Source of the DNA: Nitrosococcus oceani ATCC 19707
GTDB taxonomy: Bacteria; Pseudomonadota; Gammaproteobacteria; Nitrosococcales; Nitrosococcaceae
Assembly: GCF_000012805.1 (NCBI RefSeq)
Contig: NC_007484.1
Span: 900,001 to 932,000, forward strand
Direction of reading: 5' to 3'
DNA: 32,000 bases
The position numbers and the translations under genes were made by a program. Shown piece by piece: positions 1-10,000 of this stretch. The stretch's first letter is position 1, and each line of letters starts with the position of its first letter. The notes under the pieces are model-generated. The model searched no databases, had not been told where the DNA came from, and saw only the letters and a list, made by a program, of their open reading frames with translations.

Positions 1-1782
1 GTCAGTAAGATCTTCAGGAGCTTGGTATTCCTGCGGAGGTTGGGATTTTACCGATTTTCCTCCTTGGTATCTGTAAAATCCGCTCCCGCTTTTTTTGCCA
101 AGTTGCCCTTGTTGAATTTTGATTTTCAGCTCTTCGGGTATTTGCTCTGGGGGAGTTAATCTTTCAGCCACCGAGAGGCAGATATCAAGACCCACCGTAT
201 CTGCCAGTTCGATGGGGCCCATGGGCATGCCAAAATCGATAGCAGCCTGATCGATAACTGGGCCAGGAACGCCTTCACTGAGTAGCCGCGTTGCTTCTAG
301 GAGGTAGGGGGTAAGCACACGATTAACCAAAAACCCCGGCAGACTTTTTACCGGCAGGGGGAGACGGCCAATCTGGCGGGTAAAAGCTGCAGCTCGCGCC
401 ATCTCTTCGGCTTTCGTTGCTTCTCCTTTCACTATTTCGACCAACTGCATTTTGGCAACGGGATTAAAGAAATGAAGCCCTACCAAGCGTTCTGATTGAG
501 ACAAGCTTTCAGCCAAAGTTTCTAAGGGAATACTGGAAGTGTTGGTGGCCAGCAAAGCCCCCGCTTTTAGCCTAGGTTCGATGGCCTGAAACAAGGATTG
601 CTTAGCTTCTATATTTTCGAAGATAGCTTCAATCAATACATCGGCTTTAGCGAGTCCCTCCCCCCTCGGGTCGGGCATTAGCCGATCCATGGCCGCCTGG
701 ATTGGACGCTGGCTTTTGAGGCGTTTCTTGAATAATCCATGGGCCCGCTTAATGGCTGGAGCAATACGGTCGGGGGATTGATCCTGAAGGCTGACATGAA
801 GGTTTTTTAGGGCGCACCACGCGGCGATATCTCCCCCCATAGTGCCAGCCCCTATCACATGAACCCGTTGAGGCTTAAAGATACCCTGTTTTCCCAGGGA
901 TTTGAGCCGTTGTTGAAGCAGAAAAACCCGAATGAGGTTGTTGGTTGTTTCGCTGATGAGAAGGGCGGCAAGGGATTCGGCCTCGAGTGCCAGGCGCTGC
1001 TCGATGGTGCCTTCTTGCTTTTCCCATAGCTCCAATAAAGCAAAAGGGGCAGGATAGTGCCTTGAGTTGACCCGTTTTTCAAGTCGGGAGCGTAATACTT
1101 TGGTGACGAGCTGCCGCATTGGCGCCTGCCCTATCAGTCGTTGCCAGAAAGGAGGACGGTAGGGAGGGGGCGATTTCTTTATAAAGGCGCGGGCGGCCTG
1201 CTGAAGGTGACGAGCGGGGACGGCTTGATCAATCAATCCCAGACGTACTGCGGCACGGGTGCTGAGGCTGCGCCCATTCAGCATCATCTCAAGAGCGGGA
1301 AGGGTACCGATGAGGCGGGGTAGGCGTACGGTACCGCCATAACCGGGATGGATTCCAAGCTTGACCTCGGGTAGCCCGAGTTGAGTCTCAGGGTTATTTG
1401 CCGCTACTCGGTAGCGGCAAGCAAGGGCCAGTTCTAGCCCGCCGCCGAGACAATAGCCATGGATAACGGCAACAGTGGGAAAAGGAAGATTAGCCAAGCG
1501 GTTAAAGATTTCATGGACCCGCTGAATCCATGTTCGGGCTTCGGTTGCTTTACGAAGCGCGGTAAATTCAGTGACATCTGCTCCGGCAATAAAACCTTGC
1601 TTCTTATCGGAAAGGATGATGAGGCCCTTGGGATTCTCTGTAGCTAATTGGACTAATTGCTTATCTAGTGCTTCTAGTACGGATTTGGACAATACATTGG
1701 TATTTTTTCCGCTTTGATTAAGGCGTAGCCAGACAATGTCATCGGTATCTTTCTCGGCGCACCAATCGGTATTGTTATTCAT
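1..1782 (-). CDS. fadJ: Fatty-acid oxidation complex alpha subunit (enoyl-CoA hydratase / 3-hydroxyacyl-CoA dehydrogenase), FadJ/FadB-like. The 3' end runs off the left window edge, leaving 594 codons present.
   Basis: Not in the ORF track because it is open at the edge. Manual reverse translation from ATG at 1782-1780 gives an uninterrupted frame to nt 1, starting MNNNTDWCAEKDTDDIVWLRLNQ. Crotonase motifs: FIAGADVTEF, HGYCLGGGLELALACRYR, GLPEVKLGIHPGYGGTVRLPRLIG. Rossmann motif VIGAGTMGGDIA. 3-HADH motifs: ATNTSSIPL, GLHFFNPVAKMQLVEIV, PGFLVNRVLTPY. The start lies 4 nt after the thiolase stop, in thiolase-first order as in fadIJ. Confidence 0.88.
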   Translation of the reverse strand, partial: MNNNTDWCAEKDTDDIVWLRLNQSGKNTNVLSKSVLEALDKQLVQLATENPKGLIILSDKKQGFIAGADVTEFTALRKATEARTWIQRVHEIFNRLANLPFPTVAVIHGYCLGGGLELALACRYRVAANNPETQLGLPEVKLGIHPGYGGTVRLPRLIGTLPALEMMLNGRSLSTRAAVRLGLIDQAVPARHLQQAARAFIKKSPPPYRPPFWQRLIGQAPMRQLVTKVLRSRLEKRVNSRHYPAPFALLELWEKQEGTIEQRLALEAESLAALLISETTNNLIRVFLLQQRLKSLGKQGIFKPQRVHVIGAGTMGGDIAAWCALKNLHVSLQDQSPDRIAPAIKRAHGLFKKRLKSQRPIQAAMDRLMPDPRGEGLAKADVLIEAIFENIEAKQSLFQAIEPRLKAGALLATNTSSIPLETLAESLSQSERLVGLHFFNPVAKMQLVEIVKGEATKAEEMARAAAFTRQIGRLPLPVKSLPGFLVNRVLTPYLLEATRLLSEGVPGPVIDQAAIDFGMPMGPIELADTVGLDICLSVAERLTPPEQIPEELKIKIQQGQLGKKSGSGFYRYQGGKSVKSQPPQEYQAPEDLTD

Positions 1783-1786
1783 TAGC

Positions 1787-3091
1787 TTACCCCCTTTCTA
1801 GTAACATAGCACCACCTTGACCTCCACCAATGCAAATAGTGGCGATACCGCGTTGGCCGTTTAAGCGTTTCAAGACATGCAGCAAGTGCAGTACAATGCG
1901 GGCTCCGCTAGCACCGACTGGATGGCCTAGAGCAACAGCCCCTCCATCCACATTGAGCCGTTTTCGATCCAATTCGCCGAAGGTTTCTTTCAAACCAAGT
2001 TCATCGCGGCAGTAGCCTGAATCTTGCCAAGCCGCCAAACAGGCCAAAACCTGGGTAGCAAAGGCTTCGTTCAATTCCCAGGCATCCAGGTCATTGAGGC
2101 TGAGTTGGTGGCGTTGCAGCAACGGGGTTGTGGCATGCACGGGCCCTAGTCCCATCTGGGCGGGATCTAAGGCAGCCCATTGGCTATCTACAATGCGCCC
2201 TATTACCGGAAGTTGGTGCTGGGTAACCGCTTGCTCTGAAGCCAATAGTAGCCAACAAGCACCGTCTGTGACTTGAGCACTATTGCCAGCAGTCACCAAG
2301 CCGTAGGGACGGTCAAAAACCGGTTTGAGCTTATTAAGCTGGGCTATTGAAGTGTCCCGGCGTAGCCCGTCATCCTGTTCAAAGAACTGACCATTAGCGG
2401 CGAACATCGGGATCACTTCGTTTAGCCAGCCACTGTCCTGAGCGTGAGCCAAGCGCTGGTGGCTTTCAAGTGCATAAGTATCCATGGCCTGGCGGTCGAT
2501 GGCGAAGCGGCTGGCAAGGATTTCCGCCGTTTGTCCCATAGAAAGTCCCACCACGGGATCCGTCAAGCCCCGTAATAGGCCGATAATAGGACGCAGATGG
2601 TAGGGACGTAAACGCCCCAGTAAGCGTAAACGCGATTTAATATTACGGGCCTGGTTCCAATCCCCTAGCCAATCCACTAAGGGCCGGCTTAGCAGTACCG
2701 GCGCGTGGCTCATGGCTTCTACCCCGCCAGCCAATACCAGGCTCGCACGATCATTGGCGATGTCCAGGGCCGCGCAATCGAGTGCCTGCATGCCCGAGGC
2801 GCAATTGCGTTGCACGGTCCAGGCGGGGATATGATCCTGAATACCTAGGCGTAAGGCGGCCACCCGGGCAATGTTGGCCTCATCTGGACCGGGCATGACG
2901 CAACCTAGGATAACCTCGCTCAACATCTCGGGCTCAAAGGGCTGGCGGGCGAGTAATGGACGGCCCGCAGCGACTGCTAGGTCAGTTGCGGTGAAGGGAC
3001 CGGGTTTCCCCCGGGCTTTAAGGAAGGGAGTCCGAGCACCATCGACAATATAGACTGGCCGGGGCAGGGAGCGTTGTCCACCTTGTTCCAT
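1787..3091 (-). CDS. fadI: 3-ketoacyl-CoA thiolase / acetyl-CoA acyltransferase (FadI-like, 434 aa)
   Basis: Thiolase fold motifs include the active-site Cys context VQRNCASGMQA and the C-terminal GGGQGGAMLLE. The length matches FadI-type thiolases. A GGAGG Shine-Dalgarno sits upstream of the ATG at 3091. The gene lies directly upstream of the FadJ-like gene. Confidence 0.9.
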   Translation of the reverse strand: MEQGGQRSLPRPVYIVDGARTPFLKARGKPGPFTATDLAVAAGRPLLARQPFEPEMLSEVILGCVMPGPDEANIARVAALRLGIQDHIPAWTVQRNCASGMQALDCAALDIANDRASLVLAGGVEAMSHAPVLLSRPLVDWLGDWNQARNIKSRLRLLGRLRPYHLRPIIGLLRGLTDPVVGLSMGQTAEILASRFAIDRQAMDTYALESHQRLAHAQDSGWLNEVIPMFAANGQFFEQDDGLRRDTSIAQLNKLKPVFDRPYGLVTAGNSAQVTDGACWLLLASEQAVTQHQLPVIGRIVDSQWAALDPAQMGLGPVHATTPLLQRHQLSLNDLDAWELNEAFATQVLACLAAWQDSGYCRDELGLKETFGELDRKRLNVDGGAVALGHPVGASGARIVLHLLHVLKRLNGQRGIATICIGGGQGGAMLLERG

Positions 3092-3735
3092 GTTTGCCTC
3101 CGTATTTTTCGTTTTGATCTTGCCGATTAACCGCTATCTCAGGTTTTCCATAACGCTCAAATGCCTTGTCCCATGATGGTTTCGGCGGATTGCGGTGGGA
3201 TTAACCGTTTAAAGCTTACTCTAGGTTACTGTTGTTAAGGGATTGATACAACTTTCATCAATCAACCCCTTATCCCTGTTTGTTAGTGCTTCCCCTAATA
3301 TCAGTGGCTTCCTTTATTTTTATTTTGTTAACTCAATGATACAGAAACAATAGGTAATTTTCTGTTTATTATCAATTTTCATAGAAATAATCTTTAGAAA
3401 ACAATTATATCCTATATTTTGGCATGGACTTTGATGTAAGGCATAGATAAAAGGCTAAGTCGTTATAGCGAAGACTCGCGCGAATAATTTTTTTATGCTA
3501 ATTAGTAGAATCGTACGCAATGGAAAACCCCGCTCTCATTACAACTATAAAAAGAGAATGCCTGATTACCTCCAGTAAGCCTAAGATGTTAGTGGTTTTA
3601 TGGGATGAGGTAGAGGTTAGCCCTTATCCAAGACAGGGTAATAAAAACAGGAATATCATAAAAGCTAAAACGAGTGCTACTTCTTGTATCAAAGGGTCTT
3701 CGCTGGTGGAACCGTGATTTTTAGTAGTCAATTCT

Positions 3736-4578
3736 ATGGTTAGGGGGCTTGCTCTGTTGGTGTTATGGCTAGTGGCAATAGAGGTTGCTTCAAAGGCCGA
3801 ATATATCCAGCCTGAAATGGTTGTAAGCCGGGGTGCCCATTTTCTAGAGCTGAATAAAACAAAGATATCCGGAAACTCAGCTTCACTTGTTTATGATTAC
3901 CAAATTATTAATAGCTACCCCCATGATCCGGAAGCTTTCACGCAAGGATTAATTTTCGACGGAGGGTTTCTTTATGAAAGCACGGGGAAGCGGGGCAGAT
4001 CTACATTAAGAAAAGTAGAGTTAGAGACAGGAAGTATATTACAAAAACATTCCTTACCAACCCGTTATTTTGGCGAAGGGCTAACTCTTTGGCAAGATAA
4101 GCTCATCCAACTGACGTGGCAAAGAGGGGTAGGGTTTGTTTACGATAAAAAGACTTTTGGTTTCCTTTACAAATTCTTTTACTCCACCGAGGGTTGGGGT
4201 CTCACCCATGATGATCGTCATCTTATTATGAGCAACGGCAGCTCAACTCTATCTTTCTTGGATGCAGAGACTTTTCAGCAGGTAAAACAAATTCAAGTAC
4301 ATGATAATGATAAATTTATTTCTAACCTTAATGAGTTAGAGTATGTCAAGGGAGAAATTTACGCCAATGTTTGGTTGACCCATTATATTGCAAGGATTTC
4401 TCCCGAGACAGGCCAGGTAAAGGGCTGGATCAATCTTGAGGGGCTGCTGGGCGAAGGGGTGTCTGATTCATCTGCCGGTGTCCTTAATGGAATCGCCTAT
4501 GATGATAAGCAGGAGCGGTTATTCGTAACGGGAAAGTATTGGCCCAAATTATTTGAGATTAAATTGGTCGAGAGGTAA
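3736..4578 (+). CDS. Glutaminyl-peptide cyclotransferase, plant/bacterial beta-propeller type (Glu_cyclase_2-like), with a predicted signal peptide
   Basis: 280 aa with a hydrophobic N-terminus (MVRGLALLVLWLVAIEVASKA). Family-typical stretches: YPHDPEAFTQGL, LYESTGKRGRSTLRKVELETG, YFGEGLT, EGWGLTHD, NELEYVKGEIYANVW, LNGIAYD. GC is clearly lower than in neighbouring genes. Confidence 0.82.
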   Translation: MVRGLALLVLWLVAIEVASKAEYIQPEMVVSRGAHFLELNKTKISGNSASLVYDYQIINSYPHDPEAFTQGLIFDGGFLYESTGKRGRSTLRKVELETGSILQKHSLPTRYFGEGLTLWQDKLIQLTWQRGVGFVYDKKTFGFLYKFFYSTEGWGLTHDDRHLIMSNGSSTLSFLDAETFQQVKQIQVHDNDKFISNLNELEYVKGEIYANVWLTHYIARISPETGQVKGWINLEGLLGEGVSDSSAGVLNGIAYDDKQERLFVTGKYWPKLFEIKLVER

Positions 4579-5050
4579 TCAAGAATTTTATTATCCATGG
4601 TAAGGAGTCCACCAAGGGATCAGTCGGCTGGCTGTTCCTGCTTTCAAAGGTGGGAGGTGTCGCTCCGGGTCATGGAGGCGCTCATGCCCTGGCACACGGT
4701 CTGTGCTAACTATCCCCTCGCCGATAGAGCAAGCGTTGAATGAGAGTCTTCCTGAGTCGGCATTGTCATCCGAACCGTCATGCAAACTCTACTCTGCCTG
4801 GCTTGTCTCTACTATCATTTAAGCTTGGCTATGCAGGCTCTTAAATGAGAAAGCTAGAAATTAAGTGAGGATAAGCTCTGGGAGACAAACCGAAATGGTT
4901 GATATTGACTATGCTAGCATCAAGTGATCTATTCTCTAAGAATGAGAAATTGGGTTAGGCGCGGCAGAAGTGGGTAACACTAGATTTGGGAAAAAACGAT
5001 GGTATCTCCCTCCCTTTACGAGGCGGTTTAGAGATAGGGGAGTATTCGCG

Positions 5051-7039
5051 ATGCAGGGGGAAGATGGTAGAAAACGGGCAGTTATCGAACAGGTTAAACC
5101 TGAAATTGATGGCGGCCGCTTTGCCATCAAACGAACGGTGGGTGAAACTGTGGTGGTGGAGGCGAATGTGTTCACCGATGGCCATGATGCGGTGAGCTGC
5201 GTTCTGCGGTACCGTCGAGAAGATATGTCTTCTTGGAGTGAGGTGCCCATGCATCCCTTGGACGGTGATCGCTGGCAGGGGAAGTTTAAAGTCACTGCAG
5301 TAGGGCGCTATTACTATACCCTGATTGCCTGGGTAGATCATTTTAAATCCTGGCGGCAAGAGTTAACTAGGCGTATTCAGCCTGAGGATATTGTTCTTCA
5401 GCTTCAGGTGGGGGCCCAGTGGCTAGAAGCAGCGTCAGGGCGGGCTGAGGGGGAAGCTTCCCAGAGACTCAGAAATCAAGCCAAGCGTTTGGAGGGCACA
5501 GACGAGCTTAGTGAAAAATTAACCACCGCCCTGGAAGAGGAGACCTCTTTATTGATGGCCCACTATCCTGATCGGCGTTTTGCGACCTGCTATGATAAAG
5601 AATTGATCGTAGTGGTAGATAGGCCTCGGGCCCGGTTTAGCGCCTGGTATGAAATGTTTCCTCGCGCTTGTGCAACACAAGCCAGCCAGCATGGTGATTT
5701 TAAGAGCTGTGAGGCCCGTCTGCCTTACATCGCCACGATGGGTTTTGATGTGCTCTATCTACCTCCTATTCATCCCATTGGGCGCATTAATCGCAAGGGC
5801 AGGAATAATACGCTAATAGCTGGCCCCGAGGATCCGGGCAGTCCTTGGGCTATTGGGGCAAAAGAGGGGGGGCATAAGTCAATTCACCCCCAATTAGGGA
5901 CCTTGGAAGATTTCCGGCGCTTTGTGGCTAAAGCGCGGGAATTCGGTATTGAAGTGGCTTTGGATATCGCTTTTCAATGCGCGCCTGATCACCCTTATAT
6001 TAAGGCGCACCCGGAATGGTTCCGTTGGCGGCCGGATAACACCGTGCAATATGCAGAGAACCCGCCTAAAAAATATGAGGATATTTACCCCTTTTATTTT
6101 GAGACCGATCAGTGGCAGCCTCTGTGGGAGGAACTAAAAAGTGTGTTTCTGTTCTGGATTGAGCAAGGAGTGCATATATTCAGAGTTGATAACCCCCATA
6201 CCAAGCCGTTCCTCTTTTGGGAATGGCTGATTGCAGAAGTGAAAAAAGTCCAGCCGGACGCACTTTTTTTGTCTGAAGCTTTTACCCGTCCTAATGTCAT
6301 GTACCGACTTGCTAAACTGGGTTTCACCCAGTCCTATAATTATTTCCCTTGGCGGAATACCAAGCAGGAGTTAACAGAGTATTTTACCGAGCTTACCCAA
6401 ACAGAGGTACGGGAATATTTCCGTCCTAATCTGTGGCCTAACACACCGGATATCCTGACGGAATATCTCCAATTTGGAGGGCGGCCAGCTTTTATGATCC
6501 GTTTGGTTTTAGCAGCTACTTTAGGGGCCAGCTATGGTATTTATGGGCCTGCTTATGAGTTAATGGAAAATATGCCCCGCAGCTCGGGCAGTGAGGAGTA
6601 TCTTAACTCTGAGAAATACCAACTTCGGCTTTGGGACATTGGTCGCGACGATAGCCTCAAGGATTTTATTGCCCAAGTGAACCAAATCCGTAGAAGCCAT
6701 CTTGCTTTACAGTTTGATGGGAACTTGCATTTTTATCCGGTGGATAATGAACAAATAATTTGTTACGGCAAATGGGCTGCAAATCTGGCTGACATCATTT
6801 TGGTGGTCGTGAATTTAGATGTCCATTATACCCAGTCTGGTTGGGTCGAATTGCCCTTGGAGACCTTGGGGATTGAGCCCCATCTTCCTTACCAGGTACA
6901 TGATTTACTCAGCGATACCCATTACCTGTGGCATGGCCCGCGTAATTACGTAGAACTTAATCCCGCGCTCATCCCTGCCCATATTTTCCGCTTGCAGTGC
7001 CGGGTACGGACAGAGCAAGATTTCGATTCTTTTATGTGA
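5051..7039 (+). CDS. glgE: Alpha-1,4-glucan:maltose-1-phosphate maltosyltransferase (GlgE)
   Basis: GlgE-type N-terminal domain (IEQVKPEIDGGRFAIKRTVGE...GRYYYT..AWVD). GH13 catalytic regions: LPPIHPIG and HIFRVDNPHTKP. The start is placed at ATG 5051, which has an AGGGGAG SD 8 nt upstream. The track ORF begins at GTG 4970, but the 27 extra residues are not family-like. Confidence 0.9.
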   Translation: MQGEDGRKRAVIEQVKPEIDGGRFAIKRTVGETVVVEANVFTDGHDAVSCVLRYRREDMSSWSEVPMHPLDGDRWQGKFKVTAVGRYYYTLIAWVDHFKSWRQELTRRIQPEDIVLQLQVGAQWLEAASGRAEGEASQRLRNQAKRLEGTDELSEKLTTALEEETSLLMAHYPDRRFATCYDKELIVVVDRPRARFSAWYEMFPRACATQASQHGDFKSCEARLPYIATMGFDVLYLPPIHPIGRINRKGRNNTLIAGPEDPGSPWAIGAKEGGHKSIHPQLGTLEDFRRFVAKAREFGIEVALDIAFQCAPDHPYIKAHPEWFRWRPDNTVQYAENPPKKYEDIYPFYFETDQWQPLWEELKSVFLFWIEQGVHIFRVDNPHTKPFLFWEWLIAEVKKVQPDALFLSEAFTRPNVMYRLAKLGFTQSYNYFPWRNTKQELTEYFTELTQTEVREYFRPNLWPNTPDILTEYLQFGGRPAFMIRLVLAATLGASYGIYGPAYELMENMPRSSGSEEYLNSEKYQLRLWDIGRDDSLKDFIAQVNQIRRSHLALQFDGNLHFYPVDNEQIICYGKWAANLADIILVVVNLDVHYTQSGWVELPLETLGIEPHLPYQVHDLLSDTHYLWHGPRNYVELNPALIPAHIFRLQCRVRTEQDFDSFM

Positions 7040-7052
7040 CCATGGAGTATCT

Positions 7053-10000
7053 ATGAATCCACGGGGGGAAGAATTAGCCTGGCAAGATGATCCGCTTTGG
7101 TATAAAGATGCCATTATCTACCAACTCCATGTTAGGGCTTTTTTTGATAGTAATAATGATGGCACGGGAGATTTCCGGGGCCTTACCCAGAAGTTGGACT
7201 ATATCCAAGATCTGGGCGTAAATGCGATCTGGCTGCTGCCCTTTTATCCTTCTCCTTTGCGAGATGATGGCTATGATATTGCGGATTACCGCAATATCTA
7301 TCCGGATTATGGGACTCGCAGGGATGTGAGGCACTTTGTGCGGGAAGCCCACCGCCGTGGCCTCAAGGTTATTACCGAGCTAGTCATCAACCATACCTCG
7401 GATCAGCACCCTTGGTTTCAGGCTGCCCGCAGGGCGCCACCAGGATCGGCCAAACGGGATTTCTACGTCTGGAGCGATACCGATCAAAAATTTCCCGAGA
7501 CCCGGATTATCTTCACCGATACGGAAACTTCCAACTGGGCCTGGGACCCGGTGGCGAAGGCTTACTATTGGCATCGGTTTTTCTCTCACCAACCCGATCT
7601 CAACCATAACAACCCCCAGGTGGTTAGGGCGGTGATCCGGGTGATGCGTTTTTGGCTGGATATGGGTGTGGACGGACTGCGTTTAGATGCTATTCCCTAC
7701 CTATGCGTGCGTGAGGGAACCCATAACGAAAATCTTCCCGAAAGTCATGAGGTGCTTAAAGAGATGCGGGCTGTGGTGGACGAGCATTATCAAGGCCGCA
7801 TGTTTTTGGCGGAGGCCAATCAATGGCCAGAAGATGTAAGGGAATATTTTGGTGACGGCGATGAATGCCATATGGCCTACCATTTTCCCCTTATGCCGCG
7901 CATGTATATGGCGATTGCCCAGGAGGATCGCCATCCTATTACTGAGATTATGAACCAAACTCCGGATATTCCCCAGACCTGCCAATGGGCCATCTTTTTG
8001 CGTAACCATGATGAGCTGACTCTGGAGATGGTCACCGACAAAGAACGTGACTATATGTATCAGAGCTATGCCGCTAACCCTCGTATGCGGGTGAATGTGG
8101 GCATCCGGCGGCGTTTGGCACCGTTAATGGACAATGATTTAGACAAGATTCGGTTGATGAATAGCTTGCTTTTCTCTATGCCTGGCTCGCCCATTATTTA
8201 CTATGGAGATGAAATTGGCATGGGAGATAATATTTATTTGGGTGATCGCAATAGTGTGCGTACCCCCATGCAGTGGAGTCCTGATCGGAATGCGGGTTTT
8301 TCTAAGACCGATCCTCAGCGCTTGTTTTTGCCGCCTATCATGGACCCCATTTACGGTTATGAGGGCGTTAACGTGGAAGCCCAGAGCCGGGCGCCCTCTT
8401 CCCTCCTCAATTGGATGAAACGTCTGCTTGCAGTGCGTAAGAGCATTAAGACCTTTGGCCGCGGCACACTAGCATTTCTTCGTCCTGGAAACCGTAAAAT
8501 CTTAGCCTATGTGCGGGAATGGGAAGGGGAAGCTATTTTATGTGTTGCTAATTTGTCCCGCTGCGCCCAGCCAGTGGAATTGGACCTCTCCCGCTTTGAA
8601 GGACGAGTACCGCTAGAATTGATGGGACATACCCCTTTCCCTCCTATTGGCGAATTGCCCTATTTGCTGACTCTGCCGGGCCATGGTTTTTATTGGTTCC
8701 GGTTGGCAATGGATGTAGCGGAACCCGCTTGGCATGAGCAGCGCTCGCCACCAGCTGAGTTACCAGTGCTAGTGTTATTTGATGGCTGGGATAGCTTATT
8801 TCCTGAGCGCGTCGATCCCTCCCGCCAGCGGATGGCCGAAAAATTGGGCAGGCAATTAGAGCAAGCATTAGGGGATTTTCTGTTAGCGCAGCGCTGGTTT
8901 GCTGCCAAAGGGGAGAAGATAGAGCGGATAGCGTTGGAGCAGATGGAGGAGTTAGGGAATTGGCTGCTGGCCAGAGTGAGGGTTGAGTTCACCGAGTCCG
9001 AAGCTCAGTCTTATTTTATCCCGTTAGCTATTGCTTGGGGAGAAGGGGATGAAGAGCCCATACGGCGCTTGCTGCCTGCTACCATCGCTAAGATTCGGCG
9101 ACAAGCTCGTTTAGGTATCTTATATGATGCCTTAGAGGATATAAATTTTAGCCAAGCATTAGTCATGGCCATGGGACAGCATAGGGAGATCCTCTTTGGA
9201 GCCGGAAGATTAAAATTCTCCCCCACGACGGCTTTTGAAAAGTTGGTCTACAGTGCTTCCCTAGAGCAACTGCGGCGCCCGGCGGTGGAAGGTACAAACA
9301 GCACCTTGATTTTAGATAACCGGCTATTTTTGAAAATCTACCGTTATTTAGAAGAAGGTATCAATTCAGAGCGGGAGATAGGCTATTTCCTTACCGAAAT
9401 ATCGCCCTTTCCTCATATTGCCCCTCTAGCAGGTACCTTAGAGTATATAAGTCCAAAAGAAAAGGTGATAACTCTGGCTCTTCTGCAAGGTTTTGTTTCC
9501 AACCAGGGAGATGCTTGGGCTTATACCGTGGCTTATTTAGAACGTTTTCTAGAACATTGCCTCGCAAAACCGCTCGAAGAAGTTGCCACTGAATTGGACA
9601 AGAATCATGAGGATTATCTAAGAAAAATAACCCTCTTGGGCCGGCGCACGGGGGAATTGCATCAGGCGCTGGCCAAGGAAACGGGGAATCCGGCCTTTGA
9701 TCCGGAACCCATTGTTTCTGCTGATTTGATATCTTGGAGAAAACGCCTGGAAGCAGATATTGAGTGCACTTTCAAGAAGCTAGCACAGCGGAAAAACACT
9801 TTTCCCGAATCACTGCGCAACGACGTAGAATGGTTTTTGAGATCCGGCGAAATCTTGCGGCAACGGCTTTGTTTAAATTCTTCCATATTGCAAACTGTCA
9901 AGACTCGCTATCATGGTGATTATCATTTAGGGCAAGTACTAGTAGCAGAGGATGATTTGGTCATTATTGATTTTGAAGGCGAGCCTGCTCGCCCCTTAAG

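Noticed and set aside
855-1647. Track ORFs 855-1082(-), 1141-1323(+) and 1459-1647(+)
   Set aside because: All lie inside the edge-truncated FadJ-like reading frame (1-1782, minus) in other frames. No motifs.
3420-3435. TGGCAT-N5-TTGAT as a sigma-54 promoter
   Set aside because: The spacing is right, but the highly conserved -12 GC is absent (TTGA instead of TTGC). It also lies 300 nt from the nearest downstream gene.
3520-3717. 65-aa plus-strand ORF upstream of the QC gene
   Set aside because: It lies in very AT-rich intergenic DNA, has no SD and has Lys/Ile/Asn-biased composition. It is most likely a chance ORF.
4690-4707. TGGCAC...TGTGCT as a sigma-54 promoter
   Set aside because: The GG-to-GC spacing is 13 rather than the required 11. 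The position at correct spacing lacks the GC dinucleotide.
4740-4770. B12-box-like string (minus strand GCCGACTCAGGAAGACTC), considered as a possible cobalamin riboswitch
   Set aside because: The resemblance to the B12 box is only partial. It would sit at the 5' rather than the 3' end of the element. Nothing is encoded downstream on that strand. I could not find other conserved cobalamin-riboswitch segments.
4591-4785. 64-aa minus-strand ORF in the GC-rich block
   Set aside because: It has no SD and no recognisable domain, and it would converge head-on into the QC 3' end. I kept the region as a non-coding candidate instead (see findings).
4936-5359. 119-aa and 134-aa minus-strand ORFs at the 5' end of glgE
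   Set aside because: They overlap each other and lie antisense to the conserved GlgE N-terminal domain. Their sequences are Arg/Pro/Ser-rich, as expected for spurious frames.
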